This document shows, one piece after another, positions 1 to 10,579 of a stretch of 64,000 bases of DNA. Source of the stretch: Giardia intestinalis (taxonomy: Eukaryota); the NCBI GenBank assembly GCA_000002435.2, contig CM018792.1; one strand, 5' to 3'. A model generated the notes under the pieces. That model saw only the letters and a list, made by a program, of their open reading frames with translations, searched no databases and was not told the origin of the DNA. The position numbers and the translations under genes were made by a program. Positions within the stretch are counted from its first letter, which is position 1. The number at the start of each line of letters is the position of its first letter.

Positions 1-1954
1 TCTCCCTCACAAGGAGCCTCGCACACTCTATGTAGCCGCTCTGCGCAGCGACTGTGAGAGCGGGCCATCCGTGATTGTTTTGCATGCCACCCTCTTTTTC
101 CACAAGTAATCTGACACAACCTGCATGACCATTCTTTGCAGCCCACATGAGGGCTGTCCATCCATCCCTCGATTGCACACAACTCTCCCTTTCCAAGAGT
201 AGCTTAGCACAGTCTGTATAACCCTGTTCTGCAGCAATCATAAGAGCAGTCCATTTGCTGTTATCCTGTATACCGCCTTCCCGTTCCAGGAGCAACTCGA
301 CGCAATCTCTATGGCCGTTCCCTGCTGCAGCCATAAGGGCGGTTTCCCCATCGTTATCCTGCATGCCAACCTCGTTCTTCAAAAGCAATTTGATACACTC
401 TAAATGGCCAGCACTTGCTGCAGACATGAGAGCCGTCCGCCCCTTGTCGCTCTTCATGCCGCTTTCCTTCTCTAGCAGGAGCTTAAGACAGTCTGCGTGG
501 CCAGTCCTTGCAGTATACATGAGGGCGGTCCATCCGTTGCTATCTTTCAGTCCCTTCTCTTTCTCCGCGAGCAGCTCCACGATCTCTGTGTATCCATATA
601 CCGCCGCCCTTATCAGAGCAGTTCCCTCGTATATCTTCCAGTCACCTACAAGTGCGCATCCCTTCATCTTCGTGCCCCCCTGGAGCGGTATGAGAGCCTT
701 CACGGCCTCCACGTCGTTTCTGTCGACAGCCCTCATGAGGTCGGTGGAGTCGTCCTCCTCTATTAGGTGCTTCTCTGGTTCTTCTGACTCCTCTGACTCC
801 TCCATTTCGTCTGTCTCGTCTGTCTCATCCGTCTCTGTTTTAATCTCCTGCATCTCTTCGAATAGCTTGGCAGCAACAGCATAGTGTCTCCTAATAGAGT
901 CCAATTTTGCGGCGCTATTAGTGGGATCCTTTTCGAGAGCTATCGTCTCGTCGTTGGCTCTATCCAGGGCAGCTGTAAAGGCTTCACGCATCTCCTTCAG
1001 TCTTGTGTCTTGGGCTTTCTGTTCATCAACAGAGATGCCAAGCCTCCGAATCAGATGAGCGAGCCCCTTGGCAGTCGGCCTCTCGGCGGGATCGAGGACG
1101 AGCATCTTCTCAAGGACGCTCCTTGCGAGGTCGTCTGCGATACCGCTCAGGTCCGGCCTCCACTCGGTGACGAAGACCTCTGCTGGCTCCTTGCCCCTCA
1201 GGAAGTCTGGCTTCCTCAGGGTGGCGAGCTCGTATGCGACGGCCCCGAGGCTCCAAACGGCGGACGCGGGGGTCACATCACCGCGGAGGAGTGTCTCGGG
1301 GGCCATGTACGCGGGGTCGCCAGCCTTCGCAGCTCCGCTCGATATGCCCTCGCAGAACCCGAAGTCTGCAAGAACAACACGCCGCCCGTCCCCAGCGAAC
1401 ATGATGTTGTCGGGCTCGAGAATAGCGCGGGGAAGCAGGTCGTCATCCACGTCTCCGCCGAGGCCGTGGAGATAGGCAAGGGCGCCAGCCAGCTGCCCCA
1501 GAAGGGAGAGGACCAGCTCGTTGGGGACAGACTCGTGAATGTCTCTGTGGTCGGTGATGAACTGCCGGAGGTCTCCGCAGCAGCGGTCTGTGACAACAAG
1601 GATCGTGTTGCCGTCTGTAAGTACCTGGTGGTATTTGAGAACGCCCGGGTGAGAGGCGCTTAGAAGAGCAGCCAGCCTACGCTTAATGGCATCCACACGA
1701 TGCTGGTCCAGACCATCAAGCTGGATCTTTCTCATAGTGAACTTTGGACGTTCGTTACTAGCATGGATAGTATAAAAGCCCCCTGTGCCTAACGGCTCGT
1801 CCTTGCATTCAAACAGCTTCTCGGGGTCGATCCCGAGGATGTCGCCTGTGCCCATAGTCCTTCCAAGGCCATCGCTTACGCCTCTACCGACGTCCCATAG
1901 AGTGCGTTCTGTGGGGGTCGAAGCAAAGGGATAAAGTCCGCAGTCAACAGCCAT
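1..1954 (-). CDS. NEK-family Ser/Thr kinase fused to C-terminal ankyrin repeats. The catalytic loop is degenerate, so it is probably a pseudokinase. The C-terminus runs off the window start.
   Basis: The ATG is at 1954-1952, preceded by an AT-rich initiator (aaaaatagca). Reverse-strand frame 1 (mod 3) stays open to position 1. The kinase motifs are GTGGFY, VLADFGFC (DFG), GDPAYMAPE and AVWSLGAVAYELATL. The catalytic loop reads LLPRAILEPDNIMF where HRDLKPEN is expected, so the catalytic Asp is lost. There is an acidic ETDETDETDEMEESEESEE linker. Then come at least 5 ankyrin repeats of the form DGWTALMxAAxxGHxxCVxLLLEKE. The ORF track omits this ORF because it is truncated by the window edge. 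Confidence 0.8.
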   Translation of the reverse strand, partial: MAVDCGLYPFASTPTERTLWDVGRGVSDGLGRTMGTGDILGIDPEKLFECKDEPLGTGGFYTIHASNERPKFTMRKIQLDGLDQHRVDAIKRRLAALLSASHPGVLKYHQVLTDGNTILVVTDRCCGDLRQFITDHRDIHESVPNELVLSLLGQLAGALAYLHGLGGDVDDDLLPRAILEPDNIMFAGDGRRVVLADFGFCEGISSGAAKAGDPAYMAPETLLRGDVTPASAVWSLGAVAYELATLRKPDFLRGKEPAEVFVTEWRPDLSGIADDLARSVLEKMLVLDPAERPTAKGLAHLIRRLGISVDEQKAQDTRLKEMREAFTAALDRANDETIALEKDPTNSAAKLDSIRRHYAVAAKLFEEMQEIKTETDETDETDEMEESEESEEPEKHLIEEDDSTDLMRAVDRNDVEAVKALIPLQGGTKMKGCALVGDWKIYEGTALIRAAVYGYTEIVELLAEKEKGLKDSNGWTALMYTARTGHADCLKLLLEKESGMKSDKGRTALMSAASAGHLECIKLLLKNEVGMQDNDGETALMAAAGNGHRDCVELLLEREGGIQDNSKWTALMIAAEQGYTDCAKLLLERESCVQSRDGWTALMWAAKNGHAGCVRLLVEKEGGMQNNHGWPALTVAAQSGYIECARLLVRE

Positions 1955-1999
1955 TGCTATTTTTAAATCCAGTCCTGATCTGCCTTTTGAAAGTGATTT

Positions 2000-3300
2000 T
2001 ACAGACTACTGTTCGAATGCGGTATCCAGTGTGATCTACTGGTGGTATGGCAGTACGCTCATCATGTTCCTCTTCTGCATGGCCATCGAGCGCCTCCTGA
2101 GACGCCTCAAGGAGAGAGGCATCACCTTCCTTGCTTATGCAGACGACATCATAGCGTTCCACGACGAGGCCTACCCAGCAGGCGTGATAACACAGCTGGC
2201 CATGGGCCTGACGATCAGGAGCGACAATGCAAGTCCACCATGGCGGGCGAGGAGGTGACCTTCCTCAGCCACCCGGTGTCCCCCACTCCTGCAAGCCTTA
2301 CCCCAAAGGCCATCGCAGGTGCTGAGACTGCCCTGAGGAAGATTGAGAACGCCCCCATAACCACCCACCAGAAGCTCATCCTGCTGTCACTCTGCGTGGT
2401 CCCGATGGTGAACTACGCCCCCCTGGTCGAGATAGCCTCGGACAAGGCGGACTACGAGGAGCTGACAGACATCGCACAAGGCTTCAGCACTAACCAACAG
2501 AAGCTGCGATCGCCTGGTCGACTTCCTGGCGTACCCGAAGGAGAAGGGCGGCCCGGGCCTGCTCATGCTGGGACTCTACCACGACGAGCTGCGGAGGGCA
2601 TGGGCCTCCCTGGACGTCAACAAGGGGGCCAGAGACCCGGTGGAGCTGTCGGTGGAAGGCCAGGCACTGCAAGGGAAGGGGGTCTACTTCAACCGCCTCC
2701 TCACGCATACACCAGCTTCCGGACAGAGCGGCGGCGTGCTGACCGAGGAGGAAAGGGCCCTGAAGCAGAGAGATGGCTCGATCATGGGGCAGACAAGAGG
2801 CACCTGCCCGGGCTGCCACACGGCGAGGACCCTCGACCACGAGGCACGACATGATCGTCGCGTGCCTGTGCCTCCGCGTCTCGGGGAAGTTCAACGCAGA
2901 GCTGGAAGTCAAGACCCACAGCCACCTCAGCGACCAGAACCAGAAGCCCGACACCTGGCTCGTTGACAAGTGCAGGGCAGTGGACGTGCGTGTCATCCAG
3001 CCCCGCCAGATGGACGCCTACTACAACGAGAAGGTCAAGAAGTACAGGGACGGGACGCTCCCGATCATCATGGGACGGACGGCTCCCTCCACCCCAGTCC
3101 AAGGGGCACCTCGAGGAGCTCCACGTGGACCTCTGTCCGGGCTGCCTTCGCTATCGCCTACATGGCTGCAGAGGCGAACGAGCACCCGACGAAGCTGGTC
3201 AGACGCGACCGGGCCGAAAGCCTGGCCACCCAGAGCGACCGCCTCCTGTCATCCTACTTCTGACAACCGAATGAGCCCATCCCCGGGACCCGACGACAAC
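2000..3300 (+). mobile_element. Dead, frameshifted relic of a non-LTR retrotransposon, GilM/GilT/GilD-like. It has the RT YADD motif, an RT thumb, a CCHC-like zinc finger and an R2-type REL endonuclease. The 5' end is truncated.
   Basis: Frame a (2031-2258) reads FLAYADDIIAF, the RT YXDD box. Frame b (~2240-2500) reads HQKLILLSLCVVPMVNYAPLVEIASDKADYEELTDIAQGF, RT-like. Frame c (2773-3100) reads CPGCH...H followed by KPDTWLVDKCRAVDVRVIQP...YYNEKVKKYRDG, the PD-(D/E)xK REL endonuclease motif of site-specific non-LTR elements. At least 3 frameshifts are needed to join these, and the flanking ORFs are R/P/G-rich junk. Confidence 0.65.
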
Positions 3301-4420
3301 GATCGAGAAGGGGCAATGACCGGACACACAACCGAGTTGAATCCCAACCAGGAGAGAACGCCCCGCTAGCTGCTGCTGATATACATGGACAGTATTGAGA
3401 ATGACAACAAAGACCAGAGCTTCACTCACCGTGAAGGGAGAGCAAGGAGAGGCACCCTAGTAGACCAGCGAGCCTGCAGGACGGCCTGATCTCCAAAAGG
3501 ACCTATGTGCACACCTAGATCGAGCACACACCCGCAGAACAGTCGAGGAACGCAGATAGCTCCTCCCGTCCACTACTGTGGTCATTATCATATTCCATAG
3601 CCAACCCTCGTCTCTGGACTAGTCAGGGACTGAGCAAGAGCTTACCCGTGAGATCTCTGGACCATACCTGCAGGCGAGGGCCCCAGCAGCACACCACTGG
3701 AAGCAACCGGTGGGTGGAGTAAATCATCATCACCGTGGTTAAGTTGCATGCCAGCCAGCCGCTCATGGTGCCAGCCACTCCCGGTACTGGGCCCTTCGCC
3801 ACAGAGTTCACCGGCTTCACTTCTGAGTCGGAAGGCCCGCTGAACGTACAGGTACATGATGAACCGCGGACGGGGACGGGAAGGATAATCTTTACTAGCC
3901 CGAGTCCTTGCTGTCGATCCTTCGAGGAAGCCGGCATGTCTCTCCGTGCCACAAGCCCGAGGGTCTCGTCCCGGGGCTCGTTGATCTGGGCAAGGGCCTG
4001 GACGTCCTTGAAGACCTCCGACCCACGAAACTCGGCGAGGTAGCACAGAACCACCGCCAACGCTATACCTGGAGGTGCTGCGAGTGGTTATGCAATGGAC
4101 AGGGCCCTGTTTTGTCTATAACTTGTCAGAACCAGCCAATCCCACAGCTGCAGAGGGGCGATGTTTAGCACACGGGGTCCGCAGTTCTGGCCTCTGCACA
4201 GCACTGTCGGTCACTCGCGGAGCCGCGGACACGCAGGGTGCGTTGCTGAGGACCGGGCATCCACCTGCGTATCGGCAGCCATGAGAGCCGGTGCTCGCCC
4301 AGACCGGAGGCTCCAGTAGCAGAGTCCGCTGACCAATACGCATCAACACGCTTGGTGCACTGGCCGAGACCTGCCGTGCCGTGCCTGGCAGACGCAGAGC
4401 GCAGGATGGCACTGGGACGC

Positions 4421-4427
4421 GTTTACT
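4421..4427 (-). promoter_or_regulatory. Giardia polyadenylation signal AGTAAAC (AGTRAAY), 9 nt after the stop of the VSP pseudogene
   Basis: The reverse complement of gtttact is AGTAAAC. It lies in the conserved VSP 3' end (acgcgtttactac...ctaagtctacgcc), which is also found at 10549-10586. Confidence 0.6.
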
Positions 4428-4435
4428 ACTTAAGT

Positions 4436-6547
4436 CTACGCCTTGCTTCGACAGAGGAACCACCGGCAGAGGAACCCGACGAGCCCCTCGACGATGACAA
4501 CAGCAACGACGATGCCTGCGATAGCCCCCGTGGAGAGGCCGCTCTTGTTTGTGTTCCTGCTATCCTTCATGAGATAGCAGAGGACAGGGCCAGTGTTGCC
4601 AGACGGGGGAGCGCAGCTCACGCAGCCATTGATACCAGTGACCCCATTGCTATTACCTTCGCAGAATGTGCACGCGCCTTCTCCCAATACAGTCTTGTAG
4701 TATCCTGTCGCACATACCTTACACGTTGTAGCTGCCCGTTGCATGTTTCACAGCTAGAATCACACTTTGTACATGTTTGGCTGCTTCCGATTTTTGCATA
4801 CCCATCTTTGCATGTCGTGCAAGTGCTTGAAGTAGTGCACTTTGCACAGCCATCAGAGCAAACCACAAGGTTAATACTACCGTCAATATAATAACCTGAA
4901 GCCATCAAAGTGCAAGTATCAGCGCCTGGTGCTGTTGTGCAGACACTCTTCCCAGGGAACTTGGTCGTTTCATAACAGTCCCCGTTTATACGAAGAAACC
5001 CATTGGTGCATGAGCTGCATGCGCCCTTGACAACATTTCCGGTCTTACAAGTGGCTGCGGCACGAGCAGTTGCTGAGGTACAGACCCCATTCTGAGGATA
5101 TTCTGTCCCCGCGGCGCACTCTGAACAATAGCTAGCTCCATCAATGGTTAGCCCACATGTTTTACGGGCACCACTACTTTGGCCTGTTGTGCATCCAGTT
5201 CCACAGGTGCCTTTGACTCCATCACTTTCGTACTTAAGTGCTCTTCCAGTGGGACATTCAGTGCAGTCATTAGCAGTACCTGCACTGCATGTCTTGCAGC
5301 TTTCGTGACACGGAGAGCAGGCATCACCATTTTTGTAAAATCCGTCTTTGCATATTTGACATTGCCCCTGATTATCACAGGCCTTACAGTTGGACACAGC
5401 ACACTTCTTGCAAGTTTGCTTTGCTCCTTCCGTTGCTCCGTAGTAATTCCCAACCTTGTTGCAGCTGTCTATGCACTGGCTCGCCGGGTGAGATAGTTTC
5501 CACTAGCATACTCTGTGCAGACCTCGTTCTCTTTGCCCTCGTTATTGCATGTCTTGCATCCAGGCGTCTTGCAATTACTTGCTGCTTCACACTTAGTTTC
5601 ATCAGCACTAAGTTTGTATCCTACTACATAAGTGGTGCATGTAATGAGGGCAGCCCCTGATTGACTAGTAACTAAGGCACACATGGCGCAATTGGCAATT
5701 CCGTCGGTGCTGTCATCCTTGGGGAAGAAGCCGTCTTTGCATTGGTCTTTTTGTACACATGATGTGTCTTCGCCTGTGGTTTTCAGATAGTTGTTACCAG
5801 TACACTTGATACATTTGATCTTCTTAGATTGCTAGTGATAGGTGCAGGTGTCACATTAGCAACGCCGCCATTAGGGCTATCACTGCAAGAAGCACACTTG
5901 TTGCCATTCTCAGAATCATCAACTGCAACGAACTTATTAGTGCTACCAGAATTACATTGGGCTTTATCTACGCACACGTTATCCTTGAGATACTTACTGA
6001 CTCCACACTTGGTACACGTTGCAACCTTGCCGGCCTCAGCGCCGGCTGTTGCGTCAGGGGCGCCGCACTCTGCGCAGTCAGCAATGCCCTTGTATGTGTT
6101 TCCGCCAGCTGTTATTGCTACTCCGGTCGTATAACTACATGCAACCACGGATTGCTCAGTATTTACCACTTCCGTGGGGATAAAGTATCCAGGAGCAGCC
6201 TCGGTGCATACTCAGCCACTAGCCACAAGGCAAAAGCTCTGCCCCGGCTTTCCGTCGTTGGGTTGGTAGCAGCCGTCCTTGTATTTAAAGGAGGTGCTTC
6301 CACATTGTGTGCATTTTCCGGCGCTATGTTACGGACAAAGCGTACTAGCTGGCGTTTGCCCAGCATTCGCACAGATCCCATCTACGGGAGCATAGTTGGC
6401 CCCATCATTGCATTCACTGCAATATTCACTGCCACCAATGGTGGCTCCGCACGTCTTGCAGCTCCCAGCACCACCTAATCCATTTGCTTCACATGCAGCC
6501 CATGTTAGCTGCAAGACAGCGCTAGCAAGTAAAAGTCTACCGAACAT
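4436..6547 (-). pseudogene. Variant-specific surface protein (VSP) pseudogene. It has at least 3 frameshifts and an in-frame stop, and its C-terminal tail reads CRSKA.
   Basis: A signal peptide sits at 6547 (MFGRLLLASAVLQLTWAAC). CXXC-rich pieces lie in ORFs 6329-6547, 5783-6169, 5469-5684, 4618-5397 and 4436-4744, which fall in reverse frames 1, 1, 2, 0 and 1. The last piece ends ...[32 protein letters not shown], a transmembrane helix followed by a CRGKA-like tail. Confidence 0.6.
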
Positions 6548-7698
6548 TGAGGTTGCTGATCAATGGCGGTCTGTAGGACGCAGCAACACGCACTTGAGGG
6601 GCACCCTTTCGCGGGGTCGACCCATTAAGTAATGCTCTCAATGTAAAGCCCGAGGCTCAGACGTACTACATGACGCCCTGCATGCCCACAAGAAAGTCCG
6701 ACGGCCTCGCGATACCGCCCGGCGTGCCTCACTCCCGTGAGAATGCCCACCCACACCCCTTCCTCACGCTATCCCTACACCACCATACATTCCTTCCTCC
6801 CTTCCTCCCTTCCTGCCTGGCTGTCCGGGTGTCCCTACCGTCCAACGCCTGACGGGAGACGATTCAAAAAATAGAAAAGGACCCCACGATTCCGGCTCCG
6901 TACTTTTCGCAAAAAATGGCAGATTAGCGCCTTGCATGGGCACGGAGGCCAATTTACGTTTTTTGCAAAAAATGGAAACTGAGCACCACGACAATAATAT
7001 ACTACTTACGTGACCAGAGCTGATTGCTTCCGAGGCCAGATTGCCGTCGCGATTGACGCAAGGCCCTAAGATAGTGAGTGCCCACTAGGTGCCAGGCAGC
7101 AGCCGGCCTCCAAGAGCTGGCTAGAAAAGAGAGAAATCCTAGAAGGCCCTGGGAAGAACCACATCGATGTCCGAAGGAAGTGAGGCATGAGGCCCTCTTC
7201 TCCCACCAGGATCCGAGGATATCCGAATTCCAGATTCTGGATTTGGATCTCAGATTCTGGGTCTTGCCAGAAGCAAGCGGGAGGTCCACCTGTCTAAAGC
7301 GGCAGCGGCTCGTACGGAAGATCTGTTCAGATAGCAGCTGGCAAGCTAACCTCGGAAATAATTTTGCGAATTAAAATGCCCCGCCCCTCCCTTCCTCTTC
7401 TGCCTCCAGGTCTGCCTGTGTGGCACATCACCCGTCCAGCACCAGGCTGGAGAGCAGGGGCGCGCTGATCAGCACAGGTCCGTGACGCAGGAGGCTCCCA
7501 TGGAGTGGTTCCATTTACAAGCTGAGCCCAGTGCGACTCCGGCTCAACGAGTCATCTCATCGTACCGCTAGTTGCCCTTCACGTTGTGCTTCAGACACGG
7601 GAATCTCAGTATGCGCACACGGATTCGCTAGCAGTTAATGTACTCGGTTGCAAGAAACCTTTTCGTTCTGTTGCAAAGGTGCGCCGGAAAATTCAGTG

Positions 7699-9777
7699 AT
7701 GTCGGTATTGTTTCTCTTCGGTCTAGCGGTTATCGGCTTAGCGGCCCAGCCGGGCGATGGCTCTACTCCGTACAAGAATGACTACTACGTTGCCTGTACA
7801 GGCTATAAGCCTAACTGCGTGCAAGACAAGTGCGTCATGTTCGGGCCAAGGACAACGTTGTGCACCGAATGCTTATCTGGAAAAGTGCCTATCAATGGTG
7901 CATGTGTAGGAAAAGACGATTCCCCTGCTGATCCCTCTATTGATCCAACTGTTTGTGTTACGGAATCAATTACAGGTAGTGACGCGTCACAACGGTGCAC
8001 ATCGTGTACTGGTGGCACCAAAGCTAGTGAAGCAGGAGGCTCGACCTATTTCTTATTCTACGGAGGTTGTTACAATAAAAATGAGTGGCCAGGTACGCAC
8101 ATCTGTGAGACTGTTTCAGATGGTGTTTGCAATACTTGTGCGGTTGCGCACGGTTTTGTTTTTGCAAACGACAGGAATTCTCAGGAGAAATGTATTCTGT
8201 GCGGGGACACTGCTGGTTTCAATGATAAAGTAGGCATAGCAGGATGTTCGTCTTGCATTTCCCTAGAATCTCCTTCCACCACAAGTGATAATACTAAACA
8301 GACTGCTGTCCGGTGTACATCGTGTGTGGATCCAACCAAAGCACCAATCGATGATGCATGCGCAGATACCACCTCCCATGTTTGCCAGAACGGATACTGC
8401 ACTCACTGTGCATCCACTCACGTTTGCTATAAGGGTGGGTGCTATAGCAAAGAGGGAAGTGGCGCATCTATATGTGCGTCAGACAACCTAATGGATATCA
8501 GTGGTTACTCTGCTTGCAAACAGTGTGTCAATCCCAACGAAGTTCCCCACAATGGCAACTGCAGACTGTCAAGCGAGTTTGGGGCCTGCAATAAGGACAG
8601 TACTGCTGGGAAGTGTACAGCATGTAATAGATCGTCCCCCGATCGTAGAGTCTTTTTCTATGAGGGCGGATGCTATACCACGAACGACCTCCTCGGGAGA
8701 ACTATCTGCACAGAGGCCTCTGGCGGAACATGCACCACTTGCAATGAAGCACAAGGATTCTTTGCGAAGGACTCGACGTGCAGCTGGTGTGATAGTACTA
8801 CAGCTGGTGCTATTGAAGATTGCGCTAGCTGTAGTATCAAGTCTGATGGGTCCAATAAGCTTGTGTGCACTAGCTGCAAGAATGATAAGTATGTCTCTGT
8901 AAGTGGCACTTCTTGTGTCACTTCTTGTTCTGCATCAGAATCTGGTAGCTGTGAAACTGGTACGTGTGTATGCAAATGTAACGTAGGTACCTATTTTGAT
9001 AACAATAGCAATAGCTGTATCCAGTGCGACTCAGCATGTCTGGAGTGTGACGGTTCAGGTCCTGACCACTGCACAAAGTGTTCTTCGGGAAAGTACACCA
9101 AGGTGGACGACTCTGGAACGGTTACATGTGTCGACGCATCTGAATGTGGCGATGGATACTATGCGGATCCAGAAGAGCTCCAGTGTGCCACATGTGGAAT
9201 TGAAAGCTGTCAAGCATGCACCCCTAAGGATAACAACCTCGTGTGCACACGGTGCTCCCCCGGACTTGTCTCCGTCGATGGTTTCTCGTGCCCACTCACA
9301 TGCACGGAGCTGAATCAGAGAGAGGAGGATGGAAAGTGCGTCTGTGCAGAGGGCTTCGAGCCCAGTAGTGATGGCGCATGCATAGCTAAGAACACCTGTC
9401 CATCAGACGCCACAGGGTGCTCGAGCTGCAGCGCAAGTGGCGAGTGCCTCTCATGTGCGGACAGCAATCACAACGTCCAGCCGAGCAAGAGATCCTGCGC
9501 CTCAGGCTGTCCAAGCGGATCAGAATCAGTCGGCTCTCTCTGCATATGCATGGAGGGGTACACCCTCAGGGGTGACACATGCGTCTCTCAGACCAGGAAG
9601 GCCAGCTCCGGCTCCACGACGGTCACCGTGGCAGTCGTTGTCTCCCTTCTCATTATAGCGGCCGTCGCCCTCACATGCTGGCTCGTCCTGCGGAGGCGGC
9701 GGGGATCGAAGCCGATCTCGAAGAAGAGGGCAGCGGCCGAGAACGTGGAGCTCATGGGGACGGTGGACGAGTTCTAG
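7699..9777 (+). CDS. High-cysteine membrane protein (HCMP). It is VSP-like and CXXC-rich, with EGF-like modules and a single transmembrane helix, but it lacks the CRGKA tail.
   Basis: The ORF track gives 7648-9777. The likely true start is the second Met at 7699 (MSVLFLFGLAVIGLAAQPG, a signal peptide). There are dozens of CXXC/CXC motifs, an FLFYGGCY motif, GKCVCAEGFEPSSDGAC (EGF-like), a C-terminal transmembrane helix (VAVVVSLLIIAAVALTCWLVL) and a 30-aa basic cytoplasmic tail. An AGTGAAT poly(A) signal sits at 9809-9815. Confidence 0.75.
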   Translation: MSVLFLFGLAVIGLAAQPGDGSTPYKNDYYVACTGYKPNCVQDKCVMFGPRTTLCTECLSGKVPINGACVGKDDSPADPSIDPTVCVTESITGSDASQRCTSCTGGTKASEAGGSTYFLFYGGCYNKNEWPGTHICETVSDGVCNTCAVAHGFVFANDRNSQEKCILCGDTAGFNDKVGIAGCSSCISLESPSTTSDNTKQTAVRCTSCVDPTKAPIDDACADTTSHVCQNGYCTHCASTHVCYKGGCYSKEGSGASICASDNLMDISGYSACKQCVNPNEVPHNGNCRLSSEFGACNKDSTAGKCTACNRSSPDRRVFFYEGGCYTTNDLLGRTICTEASGGTCTTCNEAQGFFAKDSTCSWCDSTTAGAIEDCASCSIKSDGSNKLVCTSCKNDKYVSVSGTSCVTSCSASESGSCETGTCVCKCNVGTYFDNNSNSCIQCDSACLECDGSGPDHCTKCSSGKYTKVDDSGTVTCVDASECGDGYYADPEELQCATCGIESCQACTPKDNNLVCTRCSPGLVSVDGFSCPLTCTELNQREEDGKCVCAEGFEPSSDGACIAKNTCPSDATGCSSCSASGECLSCADSNHNVQPSKRSCASGCPSGSESVGSLCICMEGYTLRGDTCVSQTRKASSGSTTVTVAVVVSLLIIAAVALTCWLVLRRRRGSKPISKKRAAAENVELMGTVDEF

Positions 9778-9949
9778 CTCTGCGGCTGGCGGGCCGCAGC
9801 TCATAGAGAGTGAATGCTTAGGGCCCGGATCATCCCCTGGACTGACGCCCAGCCCCTTGCAAGCGCCTTCCGGACCACCAGATCGTGGCCTGCCCCCAGC
9901 GGGTGGGTGCCACCGGCCTCTCAGTGCACAGGCCTCAGTTAGGGTGCAA

Positions 9950-10350
9950 GCAGGAAGAATCGCATCGAGTGCTGTGCCATCGGAGCCCGTCTCCGGTGCA
10001 TTCGGAGGCCTCGGGATAAGCTCGTGTTCGACTCTTGGCCAGTCCGAGGGCGGTTGTAGACAGCAAGCAGGGGCTCCTCTCCACCGGTGCAGAGGGACGA
10101 CCAGGGGCCCAGTGCAATCGTCGGTACCTGTGCCTCCGTGTCTCGGGGAGTGCAACGCAAGCTGGAGATCAGGCCAGCCCGGCGGCCAGAGCAGAGCAGA
10201 GCCCGACACAAACGCAAGGCGGTGGGCGTGGGTGTCATCCAGCAACTGCATGGATACCACAGCGAGGAGGTCAAGAAGTGCAGGGACGACCTGAGTTTCA
10301 TTCATCCTGGCGGCAGGCCAAGGAGAGGCACACTCGCGGCTCGTATGGCC
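9950..10350 (+). mobile_element. Second, shorter and more degenerate copy of the 3' end of the same non-LTR retroelement (zinc-finger and REL-endonuclease region)
   Basis: 10113-10320 (…IVGTCASVSRGVQRKLEI…KRKAVGVGVIQQLHGYHSEEVKKCRDD) aligns with 2851-3060 (…IVACLCLRVSGKFNAELEV…KCRAVDVRVIQPRQMDAYYNEKVKKYRDG). The alternate frames also align: GRGCHPATAWIPQRGGQEVQGRP with GRACHPAPPDGRLLQREGQEVQGRD. Nucleotide homology is visible by eye (…gtgcctccgtgtctcggggag… against …gtgcctccgcgtctcggggaag…). Confidence 0.55.
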
Positions 10351-10552
10351 CTAAGCAGGCCGGATCCTGGAGGCCGACCGGGGACCGCGCAGGGCTCTGG
10401 ATGCATCACTGGAGAGGAGCTCCTCGTTACATTATCCACGACCAGCCATCGTTTCCGGACGGCCAGGAAAGAGCGAGGATTACCCGCATGATCTCTGGAT
10501 CGCGCTCAGATAGCTCCAGCAGCACATCTACACGAGCTACATAAAGTAACGC

Positions 10553-10559
10553 GTTTACT
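10553..10559 (-). promoter_or_regulatory. Polyadenylation signal AGTAAAC, about 20 nt downstream of the VSP stop
   Basis: The reverse complement of gtttact. It lies within the conserved VSP 3' end, which here carries an extra 'ctaagtacacag' insertion compared with the copy at 4421. Confidence 0.55.
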
Positions 10560-10579
10560 ACCTAAGTACACAGCTAAGT

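Noticed and set aside
255-1663. Plus-strand ORFs 255-884, 884-1663 and 1068-1475
   Set aside because: They are antisense to the NEK-ankyrin gene. The Ser-rich SSDSSDSS stretch is the reverse read of the acidic ETDETDE linker.
2042-3369. Treating ORFs 2042-2854, 2773-3369 and 2963-3274 as ordinary protein-coding genes
   Set aside because: Their translations are mostly Arg/Pro/Gly-rich. The only protein-like islands are retroelement RT and endonuclease motifs split across three frames, so the region is a dead mobile element.
3600-4300. Overlapping ORFs 3623-4060 (-), 3642-4046 (-) and 3735-4043 (+)
   Set aside because: They are mutually overlapping in several frames and their composition is not protein-like. 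The region is probably decayed spacer between the retroelement relic and the VSP pseudogene.
9526-10305. ORF 9526-10305 (-, 259 aa)
   Set aside because: It is antisense to the HCMP 3' end and the retroelement relic. It is P/G/R-rich with no motifs.
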